From Fimbriosthenelais zetlandica (lineage: Eukaryota), in contig OZ365115.1 of NCBI GenBank assembly GCA_977030845.1, positions 6,262,001-6,326,000 on the forward strand: 64,000 nucleotides of DNA, given 5' to 3'. Positions 12,801 through 25,558 of the stretch are shown here, in pieces (position 1 is the first letter of the stretch; each line of letters opens with the position of its first letter). The position numbers were made by a program, and so were the translations under genes. The notes below the pieces were generated by a model. It ran no database searches and was not told the DNA's origin. It saw only the letters and a list, made by a program, of their open reading frames with translations.

Positions 12801-13074
12801 TCAGCTGCTCATTTCACTTATAAACTTTAATCTTTGAGCAACTTCTATGAACTTCTTATCTGCCCCCTCCCCAACCCCGCCTCCTGGCACTCTCTCAGCT
12901 CTTTGAATTTCTGAGCGCGCCTATTAGGCTAAGCTACTCTCTTCTATAAATTTCCCTGAGCTTTCAGTATCTTTCAGTTCTTTTTAACGTCTCTTCCTCT
13001 CTCTTTCTCTCACTCTCCATTTTCTCCTAATCCATGCGCTCAATGTCGGTTGCGTTCAATCACAACTATTTTGT

Positions 13075-14915
13075 AGGCCTATTCTATCACTCCATCCAAT
13101 TAATATAGGCTAATTGTTTCCCCGTGAATCCATGCAAAAGTTATAGAGATGTATGGCCGGTATCTAGTGGAGCCCATGCATCCATAGATATAATTTATAT
13201 TAGCCAGTATAGGCCTAGCTTATAGACATGGATTACAGCTATATAGAGAAGCCAGTCAAAATCATTATGGGAAGTGACCTCAATAAGGATCCAAGTAATT
13301 AGCTAAACAAGTAATCACTTGCCAGCAATGCGCTAGTCTCATCAGTCATCTGTAATTACTCTATGTGGGTTTCCTTACTTCAAGTCTATAAACCAACTAT
13401 TGAGCTTAATATAGGCATAGGCCTATACTACTGCATGCATCTGACACTTCTTGGTGTATAAACTAAAGACTAATATTATTTTAATGAATTTCCATCTACA
13501 TAGATTAACCCTATTACGAGTGTGAATTATATTTTCCCGGGGAACCTTTTGGAGTTCATGTACTATGATAGTTTTCACTCTATATAATGACTCTCTATAA
13601 GAAAATGGAAAGGAAAACTAGTTGGTCTCCTTGGGATTCTATTGGGTTGAAATAGCCTAACTTATTAGCACAAATTTATGTAGGTTAATTTTCTAATTAT
13701 ATGCTTAGACCTACTTTAATTCATAAAAGTTAAAAAAAAAAAACTGTCACATAAGTTAGGCCTACTTGATCCGATGTTTTGGAGTTTGTGTCATATTGGC
13801 TGATGTATATCAGTGTGTGTTCATTCCATGCATACTTCCATGCATACTTTTGGCAATAATAATTTGACTCTTGCTGCCATTTCCCTGTCCGTTGCTGAAC
13901 AAATTGTAGCTATAGGCCTATTTTAATTTATGAGAAGTAGTCTACAACATGAACATGACCATGTCTTACACTATGTACCAGGTAGGCCTACTAGGCCTAA
14001 TCAGCTGGCCTAATCTTATGATAGGCTACAGGCCTGGATACGTCCCTGCTACAGTAGGCTAACTGTGCTGAGTGAAATCTTGGTTACCTTGGCCCTGGGT
14101 TTATAGGCAATGCAGATAGCAGCACCCTTAAATTCTGATTTTCCTTTTCAGGGTTTCAGGCCCCGAAATAGTTCACTGAAAATCTTTATGATTTAAAAAA
14201 AAATGTGATATAAAAAAGGAATTCAGCATGATTGCATTACAAGGTTGTCATAATAGCTAGGCCTACCGAAAGAGTGTCTTCCTACACACTTTGACCTACC
14301 CACGTGGCGTTAAATAGGCTATCGGCCTATCGGAGTTTGTTACAAATTAAAATTATTGGTGCCTATAAATATTCTATCACTAGATCTATCATCTATAAAT
14401 TTCTTACATTTCTCCAGGTTCTCGAAGGGAGTACACTGGTCAGAATGGAGTCCACACACCAGGTTCTGCCAGTCCGGATTCCCCCAGAATCCGACTGAGG
14501 ATGCAGTCAGCCCGAGCCAACAACCTGCTGGAGGAGTTACAAAGTGTGCTGGCGGACCAGGCGGAGGATAACAAGAGGAAAGTCTTCCAGCAGCTTCCTT
14601 ATGACATCCAGGACTTCCTCAAACAATGGGTGGTGCGAGACAAGCAACAATATCACCAGGTCAGTCTAATACCTATAACTGTATGAGGTTTAGGCCTATA
14701 GGCCTAGTTCGTTGCAGCCACCCTGTTAGTAGCCTACTAGTATAGGCTCTAGGCCTATTGTAGATCGATACGGTAAACCAATTTCTTTAAATTTATTTAT
14801 CAATTCATTCATAGGCCTATTTATTCGTTCATAGGCCTATACATTCATTCATTCAATGATTCATTCATTCGTTGTGTAGCCTACTGTAGGCCTACAATCT
14901 GTATAAGATAGGCCT
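13075..14915. repeat. Dense cluster of 16 AGGCCT palindromes (mostly TAGGCCTA) plus TAGGCT variants around exon 2
   Basis: Counted at 13075, 13211, 13419, 13758, 13914, 13984, 13993, 14030, 14259, 14692, 14700, 14751, 14813, 14833, 14888, 14910. Only scattered copies elsewhere in the window. Confidence 0.85.
14418..14659 (+). CDS. PPFIBP1: Liprin-beta coding exon 2 (phase 1 to 0): GSRREYTGQNGVHTPGSASPDSPRIRLRMQSARANNLLEELQSVLADQAEDNKRKVFQQLPYDIQDFLKQWVVRDKQQYHQ
   Basis: Acceptor ttacatttctccag|, donor CAG|GTCAGT at 14660. The 242 nt join exons 1 and 3 in frame. RA..LLEEL...L and Q.P.....L..W align with the recalled vertebrate RALHLVEDLRGLL...QIPDSTAETLVEW. Confidence 0.88.
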
Positions 14916-15029
14916 ACCTACAAATTGAAAAGGCAGGCAAAAATAATTAATTCGCCGGATTTAACCAGTCGCTTTTTTTTCACTTTTCTTTTCTTTTTTT
15001 TTTTAATAAAAAAAGTTGGGATGAAAAAG

Positions 15030-15036
15030 AAAAAAA
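15030..15036 (-). terminator. Pol III terminator (T7) of the tRNA-Ala
   Basis: Run of 7 T on the minus strand starting 9 nt after the tRNA 3' end, with further T-runs beyond. Confidence 0.8.
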
Positions 15037-15044
15037 TATTTGGC

Positions 15045-15117
15045 TGGAGAACCCGGGCATCGATCCCGGTACCTCTCGCATGCTAAGCGAGCGCTCTACC
15101 ATCTGAGCTAGCTCCCC
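15045..15117 (-). tRNA. tRNA-Ala-AGC: tRNA-Ala (anticodon AGC), 73 nt, intronless, antisense within liprin-beta intron 2
   Basis: GGGGAGCTAGCTCAGATGGTAGAGCGCTCGCTTAGCATGCGAGAGGTACCGGGATCGATGCCCGGGTTCTCCA. All four stems pair; anticodon arm CTCGC-TTAGCAT-GCGAG; ATCGATG T-loop typical of eukaryotic Ala-AGC. Confidence 0.96.
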
Positions 15118-15870
15118 GTGCCTGACAGCAGTGGCAGACGACCGGTAGATATGGCGGGCGTGACCTACATACCTCTTATAGCCTGACCCAGTTATACCCA
15201 CGTGGTTCACACAGCAGCACAAGCACAAGCCTGCCTCACTCAGATAGGATCCTATAGTGGGGACATTGTTGAATAAAGGGCTAGGTAGAGGCATAATCTT
15301 GAGCTCTGGCAATAAATTATTCTTTTTGGTGGAGGATTCAGATTGCCTAGATTAAATAATTTATTCTATTTTTTTTTTAATCCCGATTCCTTTTATTGCA
15401 CAATAACACATGATTCTTTGGCTACAAATGAATGACGTGTGGATAGCCTGGGCGGCTTTTAATTACGAACAATTTTATAGAAATTATGGAGATTTTGAGG
15501 GTGAGTTTTGAGGATAAATCACTTGGACAATGAGAGATTGACTCACATAGAAGCCCTGTTGTGTCTATGACCCTTCTATCTCTGTGTTTATAGAAACTTC
15601 TCACTCCCAGTGTGAATAGCATTCATCATGCTACTCTGACTGTCTTAAAGTGGCAGTATATCCATGCTGAAGAGTGCTATGAGTGCTTTCTTTTCTTTGC
15701 ACTCTCTGATTCAATGAAAAGCATTCACTCACCGAGCGTGAGGGCCATGGGACCCAAGCTAAATATTTTTCTTATGACATTGCGCCTCTTGAAGCGCGTT
15801 CTATCATGTTTAATATTTATAACAAAAACTAGTTTGCGCGTGCGTGGTGACTGATGACATCCCTACCCGT

Positions 15871-15892
15871 ATCACATGACTGGTCATGTGAT
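15871..15892. promoter_or_regulatory. Perfect inverted pair of GTCATGTGA E-boxes (MiT/TFE/USF-type)
   Basis: ATCACATGAC-TG-GTCATGTGAT, preceded by CpG-rich gcgcgtgcgtg. Confidence 0.4.
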
Positions 15893-17789
15893 TCATTTTT
15901 AATGGAAAAAATGCAAGATTTGTAAACAAAGTGATGACATGATGGAATGATGTAAACATAGGCATACCCATGTAGCATACTGCTCATGCCTTCAGTCTTA
16001 ATAGGGACGTCTTTGGAAATTATCGGTTTATTTTTTGAATTTAAGAATGGATATGGACTTAATTCCTAATACGGTACAATGACAGTCTGTGTTGGGGATC
16101 TCCAGTACTTGACTTTAGGGCCTATACATTGGTGGAGATGGTACAGAATGAGATGGGCGGGAGGGGGTGTCTGTCCATTGTCCCTTGTGGGACACACACT
16201 ATAATACCTAACCCACATTTTGGTGGCTGCACCGAATATAGAGAAAACTCTGGTGCCAAAGTCAAAGGGCAAACTTTTCAAACCCTATAGAGCTCCCATG
16301 ACTTGGCAACCTCCGACTCTATATGAATAGGCCAGTGAAAAATATTCAGTGATATACCAAATAATGTTCTGAAATATAAATGAATATTTCCAAATCAGTT
16401 AATTGCACTGCACTATAATGCTTTAGAACCGAATATCAACTAATTTAAGAAACAGAGGTGCGACAGATATGAATAGAAAATATTATTTCTGCCTTGGACT
16501 TCACCGGAGCAGCCACCACAATTTGTTTCTTGGCCTAGGACCCAATAGTACCAACATCTCAGCAACTACAAAAAAAACATCAGAGAAAGAATCCATTCTT
16601 TAGCAGCCCTACTAAGATATTGTTTGACATTCAAGAGGGCCATAATACAGGGGTATAAAGTTGCTTGAAACAAAATAAACAGCAACAAAAATATTCCAAG
16701 GCATTCAGTGCTACTGTCAACATGCTACTACAGTACAGTAAGCTTTCTTAGATTATAGTAAATTCTACATACCAGGTATTCACTACCGGTATTTTAGAAA
16801 GCGTACATAGTGCTTATTTCCTAAATTACCTCTTTAAAATATTATTTGAAAAACGAAAACATAACCCATTAGAAAAATTATCTTTAAATTCGACTGAAGC
16901 ATATTTACCTTAGCTTCCTCTGTTATGAATTAAATGAGGATATTTAGCACAGATGATGCTTGTTTATAAAGCATCTCGGGTTGGTTTGTAAGTGGGAGTA
17001 TGTGATAGTAAAGTTGGCCTGCTCCAGCCTCCCCCACCTGGAGTTAACAAGCTCTTTACTGCCCCTTGTTTACATAGTTCAACCCTGGAGAAAAGAATGT
17101 ATTGAACCCCTGCTTCTGTAGGAGAGGCAGAAGTGGAATAGTAGGGGTTAGAATGGGATATATGAGATGCCTGCCAACAATAAGCTTCCTAGGGGAATAT
17201 AGGTTCCTCTTACTCTATATAACTTTGTTATAATTTGCATATCAATTGCAAAATAGCATTGATTGGATTTTTATCAAGAAAAGAACAAAAGCAGTTCATG
17301 AATTGTAAGAAAACTAATGGTTTGGTTTCTTTGCATACTTCTATAAAAGTGCAATGTTTGAAGGTCAAACATAGAGTTCAAAACATTACCAATATTTCAA
17401 TTTCCGTTGAAAGTCAACTGGCAATGTACACTTGTGGCTTACATTTATTTTTTTGTCAGTTTATCTGTGTACGAAAGAATCTCTGTGCAAGAAAAGTACA
17501 CATTGAAACTTAAAAAGAAATAATTGCCTCTCGGGGCAATATGGTCCTGGGGCAGTTGGGGTGGAATGGGAGGTCACTTGAGCACCCCCACCCAGGCCCT
17601 TATACCCCCGTGCCCTCTATATAATATGGTTACAGGTCCAAGGCCAAGGGGCCTAGTCATAACTGCACCCTCCACTGGAGTTGTTGTGGAGAAAGAGGAG
17701 GAGAGAAAGTGGACCAAAAGCTGTAACTGCCAAGTTACTGGAGGAATAGGAGCCAGGCAGGCTATAGTATAGGAAACAAGGGATACACT

Positions 17790-18080
17790 CCCACTTAAAG
17801 TGTCCAGGTGCTGAAAGAAGAGGGCAGGAGGAGGAAGAGGAGGAGGGGCAGGAGGAGGCAGAGGTGGAGGAGAACTGGAGAAGAAGGTGAAAAGGTGACC
17901 AATCCTCCAGGGTATTCCTTACTGGAGGAATTAATGAGACCGCCTTTGAAGACCTGATCACCTAAAGACTGGAGGAGGTGTACACGGTAGAGGAGAGGGG
18001 AGCTGGTGGTGGTAGGCTTGGTGTATGGTACACATATACTGTTTGCTGGTGGTAGGTGTTGGTGTGGAGGAGGTTGAGGG
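17790..18080 (+). repeat. Purine/G-rich low-complexity tract (gga/gag repeats)
   Basis: ggaggaagaggaggaggggcaggaggaggcagaggtggaggag... then ggtggtggt-rich. Confidence 0.6.
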
Positions 18081-19054
18081 GTGTGTGTGGGAGTCTTGCA
18101 AAGAGCTTACTGAGAGACTGTATACATAGACACATACCAGCATTGATACTAATGCACTGGAGGAGGAGGGAAGGTCACCAACTCAGTCCAGATGATACAG
18201 CATGGAATCAACCACCTTCATGTGTATTGATTGAGTGACTACTGACTTGGACTTTACCCATAGTATTCATATATATCCCACTAAGTCTATAATATCACCA
18301 CACAACACCTCCAGACTTTACTGCAGAGGAGGTGCATGGTGGCCGGGCCAAATACTCCAGGGTTTGTGGAGAGGAAAAGCTGGAGAGCACTTAGTCTTAG
18401 AACAGGTACTACTTGGTCTGGACTTACATGTATATTACCCCTCGTCTCACTATAGTTGGACCACTGAGTGTCAACACAGAAAGCTACACCTGGCACCCAT
18501 ATACATGTACACCCGGGAATTTGTTACATTCTTAAGCCGGGAGAACAGGAGTGTTTTCTTCCATCAACAAGGGCATATTTTTCCCTCCCGGAGAAAGGTA
18601 TAGGGCAGAAAGTGCAGATACTTTATATCATCTATCACTCATGTACTTGACTCTACAAACACTGCCACCATTTACTCATATACAGTCTTGTACCTTAGGA
18701 TTCCAATGACAGTGTCTTCACAGGGACTTATGTTTTTTTTTATCCCATTGTGGAAACTATTAATTAACTTGGATCTGTCTGGCATGTAAGGGATCAAGAA
18801 GTGCTATAAGTACATTTAAGAAGCCTAAGTGTATTTTCCATTTCGTTTTGAGCAGTTCCTATGAAGAGAGTGAACCAATGTGTTTTTACAATATTGATTA
18901 TAAAGGGAATTTCTCAGTACCATTGAGGAACTTGTCCATGTTGATTGATTGATTAATTCCCAGTTGCTGCTCGGTTGTACTATCTTGACACATTGGATCC
19001 CTGTTGGATTTGGATCCCACCGTGGGGACTATCAATTAACCTTTGTGCTTATAG

Positions 19055-19303
19055 ACTGGGACTTCTCTGATTAGTTTTCTCACCAGAATGTACCATTATA
19101 AATATGCCACAGCACCAGCTGGGGGAGGGGCAGGGGAATCTGGAAGACACACTGGAGGAATTTTCAACCCGGCTTGTTCCTCTGCCTCCTCCACATCTGT
19201 TGTTGCTGCCTCCCCGACTGGAGAGTTGAGTGGTCATGTGGCAGGGCAAGGTTACCCCTACTACTACCAGACATTGCCCAGGCGACGCAAAAAACTCTAC
19301 GAG
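19055..19303 (+). CDS. Candidate alternative exon of liprin-beta: either a phase 0-0 cassette (acceptor 19054) or an ATG-start exon (acceptor 19086, ATG 19088); MYHYKYATAP...GYPYYYQTLPRRRKKLYE
   Basis: 249-nt stop-free frame, GC-richer than its flanks. Two acceptors each with a branch-like motif (ttaac 19036, ctgat 19067). Donor GAG|GTTAGT at 19304 in phase 0, compatible with exon 33394. Confidence 0.55.
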
Positions 19304-20799
19304 GTTAGTTTGGGTTTTTAGAAACAAAATAAAAAATCCTTTCATTGGGGGTGATAACTAAAATGATACAGAATGCGAGTTGTGTAGTGTTACTGGGACA
19401 ATATATCTAGTTCTGAAAAAATGATATATTGACTTCATATATTAGGCCTATTATTAGTTTCCATTGCATTCAACATATATATGTGCATTTCATTGTGATT
19501 ATCAGGGTTACAAGCCTACAAGGTTATATATTTTTGGAAATTTACTTTAAATTTACAGAAGTGAAATGTTAAAACATGGCGGTTGTGAGAGGCACATTGC
19601 ACTTGGACCATCCTCACCCACTTTAACTTTTTTTTATAATTGATCTCCAATCCGTTGGGAAATGAGTACAGTGGGATCAGGGTCCAACTTAATTAGTGAC
19701 CTCTCAGAGGTAATGGATCAGCAGGGGAAGGCGTGTGGAATTCCACACTTGTCAATCAGCTGGGAATTTCAATGTTAAATGGCCATCTAATGTGCTGTTA
19801 AATGTCCAATAAATCTACATAATTGTGCCGGGAAGTAAGCCAATGCCATCCTCAGCATGGGGTCCCATTCAGTTTCTAGGCAACCATACTTCATATTTAT
19901 TAGGATCATTTTAAAGTAAAATATTCAAATAAATCATTAAACATGTCCGTTATGAATTCCTCAGAAACCAATAAAATGTCAAAGAAATGTGAAGGAAAGA
20001 TAAATTTTGAGATGATATCGTCATAAATCAAGAAAATTTGAAAATATTAAAAACTGAACTTTTGCAATGTTGACAGGGGAGATTATGCATGGGCCTGGGT
20101 ACTTGATGAGTGAACTATTTTTTACCTCCATCTCAGTCTCCTGCTCGGGGGAATGTTGGAGATGAAGAGCAAATGGAGCCCTTGCTGGGATAAGAAATTG
20201 TTCCCTAGGTAACAAGGTCTTAGTGGGTGAGAATGTGCATGTAATTACTACCCCCTCTAAAATTGAGCAATGGATAAATGGACGAGATGAAAAACATAAT
20301 CATTGATTTTATTTATACTTCGGTTCAGACTAGTCAGTCAACTTGTCTAACATATATCTGACTCGATCTTTTACTCGAAGGTAAATTAGGAACTAACTTT
20401 TTAACTAACTTTTAAAATAAACACCACCATAGGGTCTCTGACCACCCTAATAATATTCATTAGAAGACGATTTTGTGGTCCCTGACTTGCTCCCCGCCCC
20501 TACCTCTCACCACCCCTTCACCCAGCCATCACGTCCCGCCCTGATAAGGCAGATAAGGACAATTTGAGGTAGTCATGGTAATGGATCATTCTGATATAGA
20601 CCGTTAGCTTATCAAATACAACCCGCCCTCACACTACCTGAACCCGCGGGCTACTTGTTGAATTGGCTCTGATCAGTACAAAACATCATCAAGTTAAAAT
20701 CATGTTGAAATCATTTGAACTTGATCATGACAGGGCATGTCGCGAGCCAAGGTTTGGGTGGAGCCGGTCTACCTGGGAGGTCTTCTAGGTCAGTTTATT

Positions 20800-20930
20800 G
20801 TCTACCGTACAGACTGGTGTACCGCAGTCCAACTGCAGTCTCGAGGGTTGCCAGTTCGAACCCCATTGCACCCTGGGGATTTGTCCAACCCATTGAAAAA
20901 AAACTCTGTGAAAAGCTCTGTGAAAAGAAG
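20800..20930 (+). mobile_element. Possible degraded tRNA-derived SINE fragment
   Basis: B-box GTTCGAACC at 20854-20862 in a tRNA-like context (ctgcagtctcgagggttgccagttcgaaccc), then an A-rich tail with a duplicated ctctgtgaaaag. Does not fold as a complete tRNA. Confidence 0.35.
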
Positions 20931-23900
20931 TATGGGACATGCAGGCATGTTTAAGAAAATATAATTTATATAAACAACATTTATCAATTTATCTACCATT
21001 GCTTAACCTAATGGGGTGCATGTTTATTATGAAACATGCCCTTGGTCTCATTAGAGTAATGGAGTTTGACAGGAACCTTGGTTAGCTTATTTCTGCCAGT
21101 TGCCATAGCAGGAGCCCAGACTAAATACTCCCTTCTCAACTTCCCATCTTACCTCAGTACTTTGTAAATAATGCCAGTTCTGGGATTTCTCAAGAAAATT
21201 CTTGAACTTCACATCTAATTCCTTCACACCACACCTTGATGAAAAAATTTGCATTTTGAGATGCTTCGTTAAACTTAATCTAAATATTCCACATGTTTGT
21301 GACTGGAGAAATGAAGGAGATGGGAGAATGACACCTGCGACGTACAATATGAATTTATGCTTCTAGTTCTTCAGGTTTAGTCTATTCCTGTTTCTTTAGG
21401 CTATAAATATGACCGATGAAAGATGAAAATGACGGAAACAAATATTTCTGGCTTTTGTTCCGTAGTCTATTTAAACTGGTAGAAACTGGGAATGGCTGCA
21501 TACATGTACCAGCTTGCATTGATATCATACCACCCAGTGTAATGGCGTTCTGGTGCCATTTAAATAAAGTGAATAGTCCCGTTTAGTTCCCCATTAGGTG
21601 CTTATGTTGGCAAGCCGTTCTTAATACATTGATTTATTATCATTATCTATTGTGGACTCATAACTTACTTATTCATACAAGATGTTCCTAACACTAAACA
21701 CTCATTCTCTCCTCTATATTTGGGCGTACAGCTGAGGTCCTCGTAGTCCACTAATGACCTTTGACCTTTGCTAAAATTGTCATGGTTACACTTGTCACCA
21801 TGCCAACGCTAGGAGCAGAAATAGCAATGACCATACGTCATGAGGATGGATTTGTTTGCTATTTTCGACTTTTTGAAGTGGCCTTTCTGTTTTTTGTCCA
21901 AAATACGTAATATCATTGCAAGGCAATTTCATGGCAATGTCTATTTCAATTGCATTTACTCCAAGGTTTTTACCTTGGTTTATGATGAGTTTTTAGTGCA
22001 CAGATTTAGCTGTAACCTGGCATCTGTTGCACACCTATGTTGTAGGGATAGTTTTTGGATTCATTTAGGACCAGCAGGGGTATAGAGGGCTCAAACCTTG
22101 TCGATTTGACCTCTAAGCTCATGTTGGCCTCATGGCAGGACTTGTCTGGCCCTGCAGTGGGTTGCAACAACAAGCTCACTACCTCAGCAGGTCAGATTAT
22201 TATTGCAGACCAGCTGCTCCAAACCCTGACTGTTTACCCACATTACCCGCTCACACCCACTCCAAACTTTGCAGCAAAACTTTATTATAGAAGAGCACTC
22301 TTATGGCCTTGGAAACATTAGATCTGTCCATCCATAATATTACCAGGTTGATTTCAGTCATTATAGGCCTATACAATTTCGTGAACCTTCATGGAATCCC
22401 AAGAGAACATTTTAATCCCATGGCCCATTGAGATGAGGGCCTGAATATGTCAGAAAGTAGATCTTCAAGTATTATGTTCAGTTGCCTCCTGAACAATGTT
22501 CTTTAGGGTTGTCATGCTGTTATTAATTTGCTTGAGCTACATCACTGATTGTAGATATCATGATCTGAGGGCATTTTTATACAGATCTTACTTCTTGAAG
22601 TCATTCAATGAAACTTTACCTGAGATATATTTCACTCAGATCTGACTGTCAGATCCATCTCTCCAATGAGAAAACCTGGCCTGAGAGGAGTGCATACAGT
22701 TTAGCACCTTCATCCAGGGTGACCCCGGTTCCTCCACACCTGGTCGCTGACCTTACCCACTGCTCCCCATTTAAACCAGTAAAACTTTAAATCCCGCCAT
22801 AACTCACCTTCCTCTATATTACCGGTGTGATCTCACCGTGCCCCCGGCCACATGGATCACACACCGTGTGTTTTAATACACATAGATCATATTTAACTTC
22901 ACCATCTTCCCCATTATTCATCTCTCCTACTTCTAACATGGTCTAACTGTCAGCAACTTGATGTATTCCCCTGGATCTCCATCATTTTACCTGGCTGTAG
23001 TATTCCACAGAATGAACCATGAACCTTTTAGTCAGATCGCTATTAATTGTTCTGTAAAAGGGGTGCTTCCGGTATATTGCATTTTCTTAATGCATAACTG
23101 CATGAAGGCCCTCAGTCTATCCAGTTCTTTACTCCAGAGAGGAGAGCATGCACAGGTTGACATGAGGACTCGTGCACTATATGGAATTTAGGGGTTCGAG
23201 GCCAAAGGCCGAAAAATTCTAAATCATGAAGCTCGAATGTCAACGTGCTGTAGCATCTTTAGTACACAAAGCTTTGACAAAGAAATATAGAATATATCAA
23301 CACCAGAATACCATTTTCAATACGTGTCAATAGTCAGTAAATATTGGTCTGTGATGGTGCATGCACTATGGGATTTGGTGCATGGGTATAGACCACACAA
23401 AAAGGGTTGGGGTGTACTAATACTAAAATTCACTTTTGTCATGTATATGGGAGAACTAGGGGCCATTACCCGCAGTGTTTGTGACATGCATCCAACCCAA
23501 GCCTACACACAGGAGGATACCTTCATTTCCTCCAGGTGGGCTCCAGCTACATATAACTATTTCTTCCCACATGTTCACACCCCCATTAAAACCAATCCAT
23601 CAACCTAGTCCACTCCAATTCATCCTCTAGGTAAACTCTGCAATAGAAGGCCCAATGAATCTTTTAATCCCGACAGATTTTTGAATTATTTAAGCACATT
23701 TGGGGCGTTTTTTCGTGGAGTAAATGTGTTCCATGTTGGCTGTGTCTGTACTGGGGTTAGGGGGTCAAGTTGTTGGTAATTTTCCCAGGTGTGGTCTGAT
23801 GCATCTTATACCCAGGTCCGATGTGTATTGAGTAAAATGTGAAGCAGCCTTGAGAATGTCCGAAAACAGTTTTTACAAGTCATTCCTGTTGACATTGCTC

Positions 23901-25513
23901 CTCAGGAGTGCATTTGTACACTCTCCAAATGTGAGTGCAGCAACTGCCAGGATTATTGCATAAAAACTCTCCTTGTCACTCAATGGCTTTCTGCTTTATA
24001 TTATCGCAAAATGGACGGTACGAACTTAGGCTTTGTGCTCAATATTATGATCCAATATTTCCACGTTTACATGATAAGACATTCATATATATTCAAGCAT
24101 TATTTCCCCAACCAAATCTTTTTAGATGTTACAGTATGTCAAAGCTTATCATGATGCCCGTTAGTTTAGTAAATGATGTCAGCTTTGGCCAGTAGGTGGC
24201 CTGCCTGTACCTCTGTCTACTGATGAACTCGTGTCCCGAGTTTCCTCAACCAGTGAACTTTATGACTCGTAGAATTTATTAACATAACCATGTACAAATT
24301 GTTACCAGTATTTCAGCTCTCTAGTATACATGAAAGAATGCAATCTACTCCTCTGAAAAATTGTCGATTTTGCAAGATCTTTTGCTGCTATAATTTCTTT
24401 TACAAAGGTAAAAGTATCATTGTCGACGAAAGAACCTTTTAAAAAAGTTTTGGATAATGACATTGATTAATGTCATGAAAAAATATTTTAAATTCCTGCA
24501 CAGTTATTCTGCCTCCTAATGATTAATGGAAATGGCCTTTTAAATTATATATTGATGGCAGAACGTGGAACTGGGTTCTCATGAATTTCAATGACAACCT
24601 TGTGAGTAAAGGGATCCTATAGGATACCCCTCCAACTACCACCAGCTAAGACTGAGGTTTAGTATAGAACCCTAACCCTGCTATCTCCTGGCCATGACCC
24701 TCTTACCCCCAGACACAGAGCTGGATCTATAGGGCCTCTACCCACTGAGACTATAACCACCTGGTCTAAATGGCTTTCAAGATCTTTGTAAAAGCTTGTA
24801 CACTGCATACTTAGATTGGGTTACATTATTAAAGGAAAGGTTGATATTCTCATTGAATGAAATGAATCACTGCATAAATATAGTACACTTTTTCACCTAT
24901 TAGAGAACTAAGGGGTGTGTTGGACTTTCAGTCGCGAAATTTATTTTGGGGAGAGAGTTCAATGCTTTGAGAACAAGTACTGTTCTCTCTTCAAATGTTT
25001 CTTCAAGCGTTTCTGCCTCTCGGGAATTTGACACTTGGGTTTTAATCCAAATGCATTTTCTCATTCACAACATTGACTATTCATCAACCATGACCTTTTA
25101 GGTATAGCCTCAGTGGATCCTTGGCCTTTAAGCACTTTGATATGGTATAGCCAGGAGAATGGGTAGGCCTATATCGGCTCTAGTGAACTTTTTAGTTAGG
25201 AATCTAGAACTCAGTCTATACCCTTGAGGAGAGAATTTGAGACTCTGTTAAAACAAGAGTGATCCGGCTGTTCTAGGTGGCGCTGGGGTGGTGTGGAATT
25301 ACTAATGCTTTTCAGGTTTTGAAGTGGTCTGTCTTGATAGGTAGTGAAATGTCAAACATTTTAGTTGATATTTAGAGATGTAAAGGGGGTTTCTAGGTTG
25401 ATTTTGGTATTAATTCCATCCTAAGGTTTCTCATTTCTCCTATGTATACATAACCTGCATACAAATATTTTGTTTGAAATAAAATTTATTTATTTTCATT
25501 TTCTGTTTTTCAG

Positions 25514-25558
25514 GTATGTATGGAGAATTGGAAGGCAGTGCCCAAGTCTATATTAGAA
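25514..25558 (+). other. Candidate recursive splice site (CAG|GTATGT) heading a 45-nt in-frame micro-exon (VCMENWKAVPKSILE) with a second donor GAA|GTGAGT
   Basis: Long T-rich tract ttattttcattttctgtttttcag, donor consensus directly after the AG, 15 stop-free codons, phase 0-0 like the flanking exons. Confidence 0.55.

Noticed and set aside
20800-20890. Second tRNA gene
   Set aside because: B-box present but the acceptor and D stems do not pair; treated only as a possible SINE relic.
23906-23930. 25-nt micro-exon (ctcag|...|gtgagt)
   Set aside because: Not a multiple of three and a weak acceptor; would frameshift the gene.
24218-24250. CTGATGA followed by a stem (aactcg-tgtcc-cgagtt), suggestive of a hammerhead ribozyme
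   Set aside because: The obligatory GAAA after stem II is missing (tcc instead), and no stems I/III are evident.
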